Part shown: positions 27,406 to 35,781 of the stretch, piece by piece
Numbering within the stretch: the stretch's first letter is position 1
How the letters are laid out: every line of letters begins with the position of its first letter
Assembly: GCA_949288175.1 (NCBI GenBank)
Contig: CASEIV010000004.1
Span: 32,023 to 96,022, forward strand
Direction: 5' to 3'
Source of the DNA: an uncultured Eubacteriales bacterium
GTDB lineage: Bacteria; Bacillota; Clostridia; TANB77; CAG-508
Length of the DNA stretch: 64,000 nt
Made by a program: the position numbers and the translations under genes
The notes under the pieces: generated by a model
What the model was told of the DNA's origin: nothing
What the model saw: the letters and a program-made list of their open reading frames with translations, nothing else
Database searches by the model: none

Positions 27406-27588
27406 TTTTTCCTCCTTTTCGTATGATATATATTACCATAAATTTTACAAAAATTCAACTTAACTTACAACGTTGTTTTTTTGTTAGTTACAGTTCAGAT
27501 AAAAAAGCCAGAAAGGTTAGATATACAATAAAAAACAGATAATTTTAAGCAATCTAAAATAATTACTCAAAATTATCTGTTTAATTAA

Positions 27589-28230
27589 TCATCTTCTTCT
27601 AAATCTTCCACAAATGCAACCTGTTCTTCCATTATTTGCAGTATTTGGAACCACATTAATTCTAGTCGTTATTTCATCATTATTACAACAAGTATTTCCA
27701 TTATTATCTACAATTCTGATAACACCATTGATTGTATTTGCTGTATTTAGGTCATTATTATTTTCACATCCACAACCATTGTTATCGTTATTACGACAAC
27801 ATCCTCTTCCATTGTTATTACTACTAATTGTCAGTAAATTATTTGTATTTCCATTTGCACAACTACTATTAATTGTCAATAAATCACCATTTCCATTATT
27901 TTGACAACGACTACTTATGGTTAATAAGTCATTTTCATTATTGTTGTTATTCCAACAACGATTTCTTCTGCAACAATTATCATGATGATTATCATTATTA
28001 AAGAATCTACAAATCAAACAAGTAATTAATGCTGTAACATAGCTTATAAATGTATATACCAATGTCGCTGCTAAAAAGATTAAATTTCCTATTATGAATG
28101 TAATGATAATACCTATCGCAAAGATAATTCCTGCAACTAATCCCGGACATTTTAATAATTTTTGTAATGCTATAGAAAATATAATAACAGCCAATGGTAT
28201 TGCAAAAAATATAAGTAAAATTGTATTCAT
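27589..28230 (-). CDS. DUF2651-family membrane protein with Cys/Asn-rich tail
   Basis: Three N-terminal TMs (LLKCPGLVAGIIF); tail with three LLTI(S/N)S repeats and many C/N residues. Confidence 0.7.
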   Translation of the reverse strand: MNTILLIFFAIPLAVIIFSIALQKLLKCPGLVAGIIFAIGIIITFIIGNLIFLAATLVYTFISYVTALITCLICRFFNNDNHHDNCCRRNRCWNNNNNENDLLTISSRCQNNGNGDLLTINSSCANGNTNNLLTISSNNNGRGCCRNNDNNGCGCENNNDLNTANTINGVIRIVDNNGNTCCNNDEITTRINVVPNTANNGRTGCICGRFRRR

Positions 28231-28325
28231 ATGCTTTCTCCTTTTTCTTTTTTACTATATTTTATGCATAATCCACTGACTTTGTTAATATTATAAAGAA
28301 GAACACAAGAAAAGATACTGTTATC

Positions 28326-28361
28326 TTATTTTGCAATACCGCGTAAGCGACCAAGCGAGCC
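28326..28361. repeat. Truncated copy of the GCGTAAGCGA-core structured repeat
   Basis: TTATTTTGCAATACC-GCGTAAGCGACCAAGCGAGC matches the left part of the copies at 50.4 and 56.3 kb. Confidence 0.7.
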
Positions 28362-28363
28362 AA

Positions 28364-29104
28364 TTACTCATATTCTACTTTGATTAAATATAGACCTTGA
28401 GGTGGTAATGTCTTTCCTGCATTTTCTCTTTTTTGAGAATCTATAATTGTTTTTATTTCATTTGGTTCTATTTTCCCCAACCCCACTTCTACAAGGGTTC
28501 CTGAAATAATTCTTACCATATTATATAAGAAGCCATTTCCTGTTAACTCTATATAAATTCTTTCATTTCCGATTTCCATGACTTCTGCCTTATAGATGGT
28601 TCTTACACTACTTTTACTACTTGTTCCACTTGCTTTAAATGCTTTAAAATCATGTTCTCCTTCAAAATATTTCACAGCCTCTTGCATTTTTTGTATATCT
28701 AATTTCATTGGTATATGGGTTTCTAAGTTTCTATAAATCGCTGTTCCATATTTTGAATTATTAATAATATATCGATATGTTTTTCTTTTACAGTTTAATC
28801 GACTATGAAATCTCTCTTCCACTTCTTCTGCTGATTTTATAACAATAGATTTTTTTAAGTTCGAATTTAATGCTATTGGGATTTTTTCAATTGGTATATT
28901 TGAATTTGTTTTAAAATTAGCCACTTGTCCAAGAGCATGAACACCAGCATCTGTTCTACCTGAAGCAGTTAAATCTACCTCTTCTCCTGTTATTTGTTTA
29001 ATGGCTCTTTCAATTTCTCCTTGAATATTTAATTTAGTTGGTTGCTTTTGCCATCCATTAAATTCTTTTCCGTCATATTCAATTACTAATTTAATATTTC
29101 TCAT
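28364..29104 (-). CDS. truA: tRNA pseudouridine(38-40) synthase
   Basis: YDGKEFNGWQ, SGRTDAGVHA, GNGFLYNMVRII, GLYL. Confidence 0.97.
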   Translation of the reverse strand: MRNIKLVIEYDGKEFNGWQKQPTKLNIQGEIERAIKQITGEEVDLTASGRTDAGVHALGQVANFKTNSNIPIEKIPIALNSNLKKSIVIKSAEEVEERFHSRLNCKRKTYRYIINNSKYGTAIYRNLETHIPMKLDIQKMQEAVKYFEGEHDFKAFKASGTSSKSSVRTIYKAEVMEIGNERIYIELTGNGFLYNMVRIISGTLVEVGLGKIEPNEIKTIIDSQKRENAGKTLPPQGLYLIKVEYE

Positions 29105-29186
29105 AATTTTAATTCCTTTTCTTAAATTCATATCTATATATTAGAATGATTCGTTAATCAATAAAAGTCGCACTTATAGCGACTTT

Positions 29187-30137
29187 CTATTCTTTCTTTT
29201 CTTCAATTTCCTCTTTAGCTTTTTCTTCTTGTTTTTCTTTACGCAATTTTTCTCTTATTTCTCTTATTTTATTTCTTCTTTCTCTTTTCTCTACAGCAAA
29301 TCTTTTTGTTACTACATTCGTAATTAATATCTTTTTCAAAGCTTCTTCACTAACATCAGCAATTAAAGTCCCATCTTTTGCAATAGAAATTTTTCCAGTT
29401 TCCTCAGAGACAACAACTACAATACTATCAGATTCTTTTGATATTCCAATCGCTGCCCTATGTCTTGTTCCTAATTCTTTCGCTATATCATTATCATCTG
29501 CAAGTGGTAATACACAAGCTGCAGCTGCTATTTTATTTCCTGAAATAATAACTGCTCCATCATGTAATGGTGTTTTTGGTTCAAAGATATTAACCAATAA
29601 CTGTGGAGATACATCTGCATTCATTGGTATTCCACCAGATATAACATCTTGTATTTTTATATCTCTTTCTATAACAATTAAGGCACCTGTTTTATTTTTT
29701 GATAATTCTGCTGCTGCAATGACAATTTTATAAATATCTTCTTTGGTTTTGGTCGCTAAATCTTTATCGATTCCAAAAAATTTTGTGAATTTATTGGTTC
29801 CTAATTGCTCAAGTCCCCTTCTTAACTCTGGTTGGAATATAACAATAATGGCAATCACTCCTAAGTTCATAATGCCTGTTAAAATCCAATTTAAAATTTG
29901 CAAATTAAATAATCCACTAAGCCAAGTGATAACAATTAATAATGCAATTCCTTTTATTAATTGCCATGCTCTAGATCCCTTCACAATTTTTAAAAAGGAA
30001 TATATTAAAAATATTACAATTGCTAAATCAATAATTAATGTAATTAATTCAAATGGATTTTCTTGCAAAGATTTTATATATCCTACAATATTATCTGTAT
30101 AAAAATTTTCCCAATTTATTCCAAAATCAATTATCAT
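29187..30137 (-). CDS. cdaA: Diadenylate cyclase CdaA
   Basis: Three TMs, IFQPELR, PLHDGAV, GTRHRAAIG. Confidence 0.95.
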   Translation of the reverse strand: MIIDFGINWENFYTDNIVGYIKSLQENPFELITLIIDLAIVIFLIYSFLKIVKGSRAWQLIKGIALLIVITWLSGLFNLQILNWILTGIMNLGVIAIIVIFQPELRRGLEQLGTNKFTKFFGIDKDLATKTKEDIYKIVIAAAELSKNKTGALIVIERDIKIQDVISGGIPMNADVSPQLLVNIFEPKTPLHDGAVIISGNKIAAAACVLPLADDNDIAKELGTRHRAAIGISKESDSIVVVVSEETGKISIAKDGTLIADVSEEALKKILITNVVTKRFAVEKRERRNKIREIREKLRKEKQEEKAKEEIEEKKE

Positions 30138-30153
30138 ATTTTTACCTCTTTTA

Positions 30154-30309
30154 TTATATCATTAGTGAATAGATTAATGTTGAAGCTGCTGCCAATATCA
30201 TTAATAATGCTAAAATACCAGCCATTACTTTTACAAAAATCTGTCCTTTATCATATTTTTTTGCCTTTTTAACTTGTTCTTGTTGTTTTTTCTCCTTTTT
30301 CATGTTCAT
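30154..30309 (-). CDS. Small single-TM protein (51 aa; not in ORF track)
   Basis: MNMKKEKKQQEQVKKAKKYDKGQIFVKVMAGILALLMILAAASTLIYSLMI; AGAAAGGAAG RBS; upstream of cdaA. Confidence 0.7.
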   Translation of the reverse strand: MNMKKEKKQQEQVKKAKKYDKGQIFVKVMAGILALLMILAAASTLIYSLMI

Positions 30310-30444
30310 CTTCCTTTCTTAAATTATATATATTATATCATAAATATTTTGTTTTTCAATTACAGATTTTATTATATCATATTTTACATAATATATCAAT
30401 CAATCTAATCATAAAAATAATAGGAAACATATAACATACATAAA

Positions 30445-31749
30445 TTATTTCATAATTTCTAATATCATTTTAGGCTTTTCTATTTCTTTATTTTCAATTT
30501 TTATAACCTCTAATAAATTCTTTTTCGCTTCCTCTAATTTTTCTTTTGAATTTGCATATATAGTAACTAGCAAATCATCCTTTTCTACTTTATCTGAAAC
30601 TTTTTTATTTAATATAATCCCTACTGCATTATCAATATTGTCTTCTTTTCTGATTCTTCCTGCGCCTAAATCACAAACAATCTTTCCGATTTCTTTTGCA
30701 TTCATACTTTGTATATATCCACTTTTTTGACTATATACATTTTCTATATAATTTGCTTTTGTAAATTGATTGGTATCTTTAATATATGAGGAATTTCCTC
30801 CTTGATTTTCTACCAATTGTATGAATTTTTCATATCCTTTTCCATTCTCGATATTTTCCAATAATCTTGCTTTGTTTTCCTCAATATTTTCTCCCTTTCC
30901 TGCCAGTTTTACCATATAAGCACCTAATTCTAATACCACTTCTCTTACATCTTCTAGCATGTCACCTTTTAAAAATTGAATCGCTTCTATAACTTCTAAA
31001 GAATTTCCTACAGCATGGCCTAATGGTTCATCCATATTTGTTAATATACATACCGTTTCTTTATTCGCTAATCTTCCAATTTCAATCATTTCCTTTGCTA
31101 ACTCTTCTGCTCTTTCTTTAGATTGCATAAAAGCACCTGAACCACAAGTAACATCTAATACGATTTTTTGTGCACCACTTGCAATTTTTTTACTCATAAT
31201 ACTAGAAGCAATTAATGGAATACTTTCTACACAAGAAATACTATCTCTTAAACTATATATCTTTTTATCTGCTGGTGCTAAATTTAATGTTTGAGAAATC
31301 ATACTAATTCCTACTTTCTCCACATTTTCTACAAATTTGTGGATATTGATACCTGTCTGATATCCTGGTATAGATTCTAATTTATCAACAGTTCCTCCTG
31401 TAAATCCTAATCCTCTTCCAGACATTTTGGCAACTGGTACACCCAAAGAAGCAACTAATGGTAATAAGATTAGAGATACTTTATCTCCAACCCCTCCTGT
31501 GGAATGTTTATCAACTATCACTTCATTTAAACTTGATAAATCTAATTTTTCTCCTGAATTTGCCATTGCAATTGTTAAATCTGTTGTTTCTTGTTTTGTC
31601 ATTCCATTTAAATAAATTGCCATAATGAATGCAGCAGCTTGATAATCTGCTATTTTATCATGTGTATATCCTTCTATAAAATATTCAATTTCTTCTTTTG
31701 ATAATTCTTTCTTATCTCTCTTTTTTTCTATAATTTCTAAAATGTTCAC
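30445..31749 (-). CDS. pdp: Pyrimidine-nucleoside phosphorylase
   Basis: DKHSTGGVGDK, KMSGRGLGFTGGT, IASSIMSKKIA. Confidence 0.96.
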   Translation of the reverse strand: MNILEIIEKKRDKKELSKEEIEYFIEGYTHDKIADYQAAAFIMAIYLNGMTKQETTDLTIAMANSGEKLDLSSLNEVIVDKHSTGGVGDKVSLILLPLVASLGVPVAKMSGRGLGFTGGTVDKLESIPGYQTGINIHKFVENVEKVGISMISQTLNLAPADKKIYSLRDSISCVESIPLIASSIMSKKIASGAQKIVLDVTCGSGAFMQSKERAEELAKEMIEIGRLANKETVCILTNMDEPLGHAVGNSLEVIEAIQFLKGDMLEDVREVVLELGAYMVKLAGKGENIEENKARLLENIENGKGYEKFIQLVENQGGNSSYIKDTNQFTKANYIENVYSQKSGYIQSMNAKEIGKIVCDLGAGRIRKEDNIDNAVGIILNKKVSDKVEKDDLLVTIYANSKEKLEEAKKNLLEVIKIENKEIEKPKMILEIMK

Positions 31750-31845
31750 TTTTCACCCTCACTTTCTGTATTTTTAAATACAAGTTTAATTTTTTTGATT
31801 ATATACTCAAAACACAGAATTTTTAATTTTTATTTATCTATCTCT

Positions 31846-32481
31846 TTATATGAAATTTTTAATAAATGTTCTTCTATGTATTGGACATGGTCCATATTCT
31901 TTTATTGCTTCTATATGTTTTGCTGTTCCATATCCTTTATGATTAATAAAACCATATTGTGGATAAATTTCGTCCCATTCACGCATAATTCTATCCCTTG
32001 TTACTTTTGCAATAATCGATGCAGCTGCTATATTATAACATTTGGCATCTCCTTTAATAATAGAATCATAAGGAATACCTTTGGTATTAATATGCGTTAG
32101 AGCATCTACTAATATTAAATTTGGTTTTACATCTAATTCTTCTACTACTTTTGTGACACCTTGCTTTGTTGCATTTAAGATATTAATTTCATCTATCACA
32201 TCTTGTCCGATAATAGCAACTGAATAACTAATTGCTTCTTCTAAAATCATGTCATATAACTTTTCTCTTTTCTTTTCTGATACCTTTTTAGAATCATTGA
32301 CACCTTCTATCATCGAATCTTTTGGCATAATAACTCCTGCAACAACAACAGGACCAGCTAATGGCCCTCTACCTGCTTCATCTATTCCACAAATATATTT
32401 AAATCCTTTATTATAAAGTTCTTTTTCCATACTTTTTAAGTTGGTTAATCGTTCTAATTCTTTTTCTTTTATTGTCTCCAC
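31846..32481 (-). CDS. rnhB: Ribonuclease HII
   Basis: GIDEAGRGPLAGPV, DSKK, IAAASIIAKVTRD, HKGYGT. Confidence 0.97.
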   Translation of the reverse strand: METIKEKELERLTNLKSMEKELYNKGFKYICGIDEAGRGPLAGPVVVAGVIMPKDSMIEGVNDSKKVSEKKREKLYDMILEEAISYSVAIIGQDVIDEINILNATKQGVTKVVEELDVKPNLILVDALTHINTKGIPYDSIIKGDAKCYNIAAASIIAKVTRDRIMREWDEIYPQYGFINHKGYGTAKHIEAIKEYGPCPIHRRTFIKNFI

Positions 32482-32491
32482 ACTTCTTTCC

Positions 32492-33022
32492 TTATAACTC
32501 TATTTGTTCAATTTCTGTTAATGTATGTTTTCCTTGATATCCTATTGTATGATAAATTTCTGCTGTTGTATCATCAATATTATATACAATAACATACCAA
32601 CCTTCTTCATCGTTTGATTCTACATCATTAATTCCCATCTTTTTTAGATTCTCTGTTGTTAATTTACATACTCTTCCATTATCTATATCCTCTTGACGGA
32701 TTCCCATATTTAATAATGCCTCTGTTATACTATCACTAGAAGTAACCAATGTCCCCTTGTCTTCTCCTATTAATTCATTTTGTGCATTTGCTTTCATTTC
32801 ATTTGTTGCATTTTGCGGGTCTATCCCCAAATCAAAACTTGCATTTTCAACATATTCTCTTGCTTTTGTTTGAATCAATAACATATTGGTTTTTAATTCT
32901 TCTAAATTTGCCTTTTGTATAGAATCTTTTCCTGTATATACAGTTATTCCTGCTAAAATTAGTAATATAATTATCGTTATCGTTAATACCACTAATGTTA
33001 TACCATTCTCATTTTTTTTCAT
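32492..33022 (-). CDS. Type IV pilin-like protein
   Basis: Class III signal KKNENG|ITLVVLTITIIILLILAGITV. Confidence 0.8.
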   Translation of the reverse strand: MKKNENGITLVVLTITIIILLILAGITVYTGKDSIQKANLEELKTNMLLIQTKAREYVENASFDLGIDPQNATNEMKANAQNELIGEDKGTLVTSSDSITEALLNMGIRQEDIDNGRVCKLTTENLKKMGINDVESNDEEGWYVIVYNIDDTTAEIYHTIGYQGKHTLTEIEQIEL

Positions 33023-33331
33023 TTTATCAAACTCCTATTATAACTAAATTATTGATTATCGCCTTATTATATAGAAAACTTTTTTAGCTAAACCTATATG
33101 GATTTTTTCATATATAATAATGGTATTTACATTATATATTTTTATCTTATTTTTTTCAATAAAATTTATTTGAAAATCTTTTTTATTTTGTATAAATTTT
33201 ATATAATAAATAGGAAAAAATTCATTTTCCTATACCATAAAAAAACCTATTTTCTTCACAAAATTTTCACAAATGTATTGTATGATATGTTCAGAATAGG
33301 TTAATATATATATAATTAGGAGGTAATATAA

Positions 33332-34600
33332 ATGGAAAACAATAATCAAGAAAATGAAACAAACCATTCAAAATTCAAAACAGTTTCAAATCCAGGTAAT
33401 TATAAGGCGGTTTATGAAATTGATGATAAACCTAAAAAGAAATCAAATTTTGGAAGAAATATTGTTCTACCTTTCTTTAGTGGTGTTGTTGGTTGTGCAG
33501 TTGTATTAGGTACTTGTTTTGGAGTTCCAGCAATTAGAAATCAAATGATAGGAAGTGGAAATTCTAACGCATCTAATCATTCTTCTAGTACGCAATCCAC
33601 AGGATATGTTGATCAAGTTTCTTTATCTAATTATTCTGATACAGCTGTCTATGCTGCCAATAAAATTTTACCATCAATTGTTGGTATTCAAATTGAATAT
33701 AATGTGACATCTATGTTCTCTATGTTTGGAGGAACTCAAACATCAACTGCTACTGCAACAGGTTCTGGTATCATTATTAGTGATGATGGATATATTTTAA
33801 CAAACAATCATGTTGTTTCTTCTAGTGAATCTGAAGCATATTATCAAGTATCAGAAGCTACAAAAGTTACTGTTACTTTATTTAATGATGATACAAAATA
33901 TGATGCAAAAATAATTGGTACTGATGAAGAAACAGATTTAGCAGTTATTAAAATTGATGCAACTGGTTTAACAAAAGCAGAATTTGCTGATTCAGATTCT
34001 ATTAAAGTAGGTGAATTTGCAATGGCTGTTGGTAGTCCTTTAGGTCTACAAAGTACAATTACTTGTGGTGTTGTTAGTGCTGTCAACAGAGAAGTTACAG
34101 ATACAGATGGTAAAACCTATACATTAATCCAAACAGATGCAGCTATTAATGCTGGTAATAGTGGTGGTGCCTTAGTAAATAGTGAAGGAAAAGTCATTGG
34201 TGTTAATACTCTAAAATTAACAGGTAATGATGTTGAAGGTATGGGATTTGCTATACCAATCAATTCAACAACAGATATTACCTCTCAATTAATTCAATAT
34301 AGTAAGGTAAGAAGACCATATATTGGTATTACAGGAATGGACTTAGATACTGAAACTGCTAAGAAAAATAATTTAGTCGAAGGTATATATGTAAAAGATG
34401 TCGAAACATTTTCTGCTGCTGAAAAAGGTGGTATAAAAATCGGTGATGTCATCATTAAAGCTGATGGAAAAGATGTTAAAACAATGGATGAATTAAATGA
34501 AATTAAAAATTCTCATAATATTGGTGATGAAATGACAATTACAGTTAATAGAGATGGTCAAGAAAAAGATTTAACAATTACATTGGGTGAACAACCTTAA
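33332..34600 (+). CDS. htrA: HtrA/DegP serine protease with PDZ domain
   Basis: TM anchor, GSGII, TNNHV, DLAVIK, IQTDAAINAGNSGGAL, C-terminal PDZ. Confidence 0.95.
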   Translation: MENNNQENETNHSKFKTVSNPGNYKAVYEIDDKPKKKSNFGRNIVLPFFSGVVGCAVVLGTCFGVPAIRNQMIGSGNSNASNHSSSTQSTGYVDQVSLSNYSDTAVYAANKILPSIVGIQIEYNVTSMFSMFGGTQTSTATATGSGIIISDDGYILTNNHVVSSSESEAYYQVSEATKVTVTLFNDDTKYDAKIIGTDEETDLAVIKIDATGLTKAEFADSDSIKVGEFAMAVGSPLGLQSTITCGVVSAVNREVTDTDGKTYTLIQTDAAINAGNSGGALVNSEGKVIGVNTLKLTGNDVEGMGFAIPINSTTDITSQLIQYSKVRRPYIGITGMDLDTETAKKNNLVEGIYVKDVETFSAAEKGGIKIGDVIIKADGKDVKTMDELNEIKNSHNIGDEMTITVNRDGQEKDLTITLGEQP

Positions 34601-34775
34601 GAAATTAAACCTTAAGAAATTAATTACTTCTTTTTCACTTCTAGTTCACAAAATGGACAAAATTGCAGTTTATAATACAAACATAATCAGTAATCACTAC
34701 TGATTGAAATAAAAAAACATCCCCTTTTATTTTCGAAGAGAGAAGCTGCAAAGCTTCTCTCTTTTTTTGACTAAT

Positions 34776-35633
34776 TTATACAATAACTAAATCCATTTCA
34801 CTAGTAAAATTTTCATTTCCATAAGCATATATAATATAAATATTTCTATCTTTCACAAAAAACTCTTGTGAATTTTCTATTTTATACATTTCATTTTCTG
34901 GATTTCTCTCAAAAATCTCATATCCTAAACTTCTTAAGTCTTCTACTCTTTGATATTCTGAGTTTATTTCTTCATTTATTTTATTTTGCACATCATTTGT
35001 ATTTAATTGTTTTAGATTTATCATCTCTTCTAAATTTATTTCTTTATTATTTTTTAAATCATAATTAAATGTTTGAATAATTAATCTTTGTGCGTTTGAT
35101 CCTTCTTTTAAATTAACTCTAATAATGAGAGATAAAATATCATTTTCTATTGTTGCTTCATATTGCATACTATATATAATATTTTTATTTTCTGTTTGTA
35201 ATATTCTTTCTGCCGTTGCTTCATATGTCTGTTTAATTTCCTCATTATATGCTGCTATCGTTTCATTATCTATATTGATATATGGAATATTTAAATTCAA
35301 ATCATAGCTATTTTTTTTGTTCTCATTTTTTGTATAATATGTATATACTAACTCTTGTGCCTCATCTATTTTTTTTATATTGACATCTGTGGTATATTCT
35401 TCTAAGTGATTTTGAAATATGTCATCAAAATTAGAAACTAACAATTGATATTGTTCATCTTCTTGTGACAAACTTGAACCTCCAACTGTTATTAATCTAT
35501 CTAATTCATCACTTCCATAATAGATTGACAGTCCTATTATTATAAGTGCTATAATACATGAAATTATGGAAACAGTATATATAATGACAGCTCTAGTGCT
35601 AATTTTATCCTTCCTTGGTAAATTCACATTCAT
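34776..35633 (-). CDS. Membrane-anchored extracellular protein (RsiV/PdaC/DUF3298-like fold suspected)
   Basis: One N-terminal TM; LNIPYINI, ILSLII, QTFNYDLKNNKEI segments. Confidence 0.5.
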   Translation of the reverse strand: MNVNLPRKDKISTRAVIIYTVSIISCIIALIIIGLSIYYGSDELDRLITVGGSSLSQEDEQYQLLVSNFDDIFQNHLEEYTTDVNIKKIDEAQELVYTYYTKNENKKNSYDLNLNIPYINIDNETIAAYNEEIKQTYEATAERILQTENKNIIYSMQYEATIENDILSLIIRVNLKEGSNAQRLIIQTFNYDLKNNKEINLEEMINLKQLNTNDVQNKINEEINSEYQRVEDLRSLGYEIFERNPENEMYKIENSQEFFVKDRNIYIIYAYGNENFTSEMDLVIV

Positions 35634-35713
35634 TTGAATACCTCTTATATTATAATCTTATTTTATTATAGCATTTCCATATAAATATTTCAACATGAAT
35701 ATGATTAAATTTA

Positions 35714-35742
35714 TTGACTATTCGTGGAATTTGGGGTATGAT
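35714..35742 (+). promoter_or_regulatory. Sigma-A promoter of the Clp ATPase gene
   Basis: TTGACT-N17-TATGAT. Confidence 0.7.
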
Positions 35743-35781
35743 ATATATTGTATATTTATATAGAAATGAGGAGTTTAAAGT

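Noticed and set aside
33030-33330. Very AT-rich intergenic region and the 68-aa ORF 33098-33304
   Set aside because: Divergent promoter region; the ORF is F/I/Y/K low complexity with no RBS; no DnaA boxes or iterons recognised.
34593-34622. 15-bp tandem duplication AACCTTAAGAAATTA at the htrA stop
   Set aside because: Real, but most simply replication slippage; no sign of an associated element.
35700-35760. CtsR operator upstream of the Clp ATPase
   Set aside because: Only one TTGACT half-site, which is the -35 box itself.
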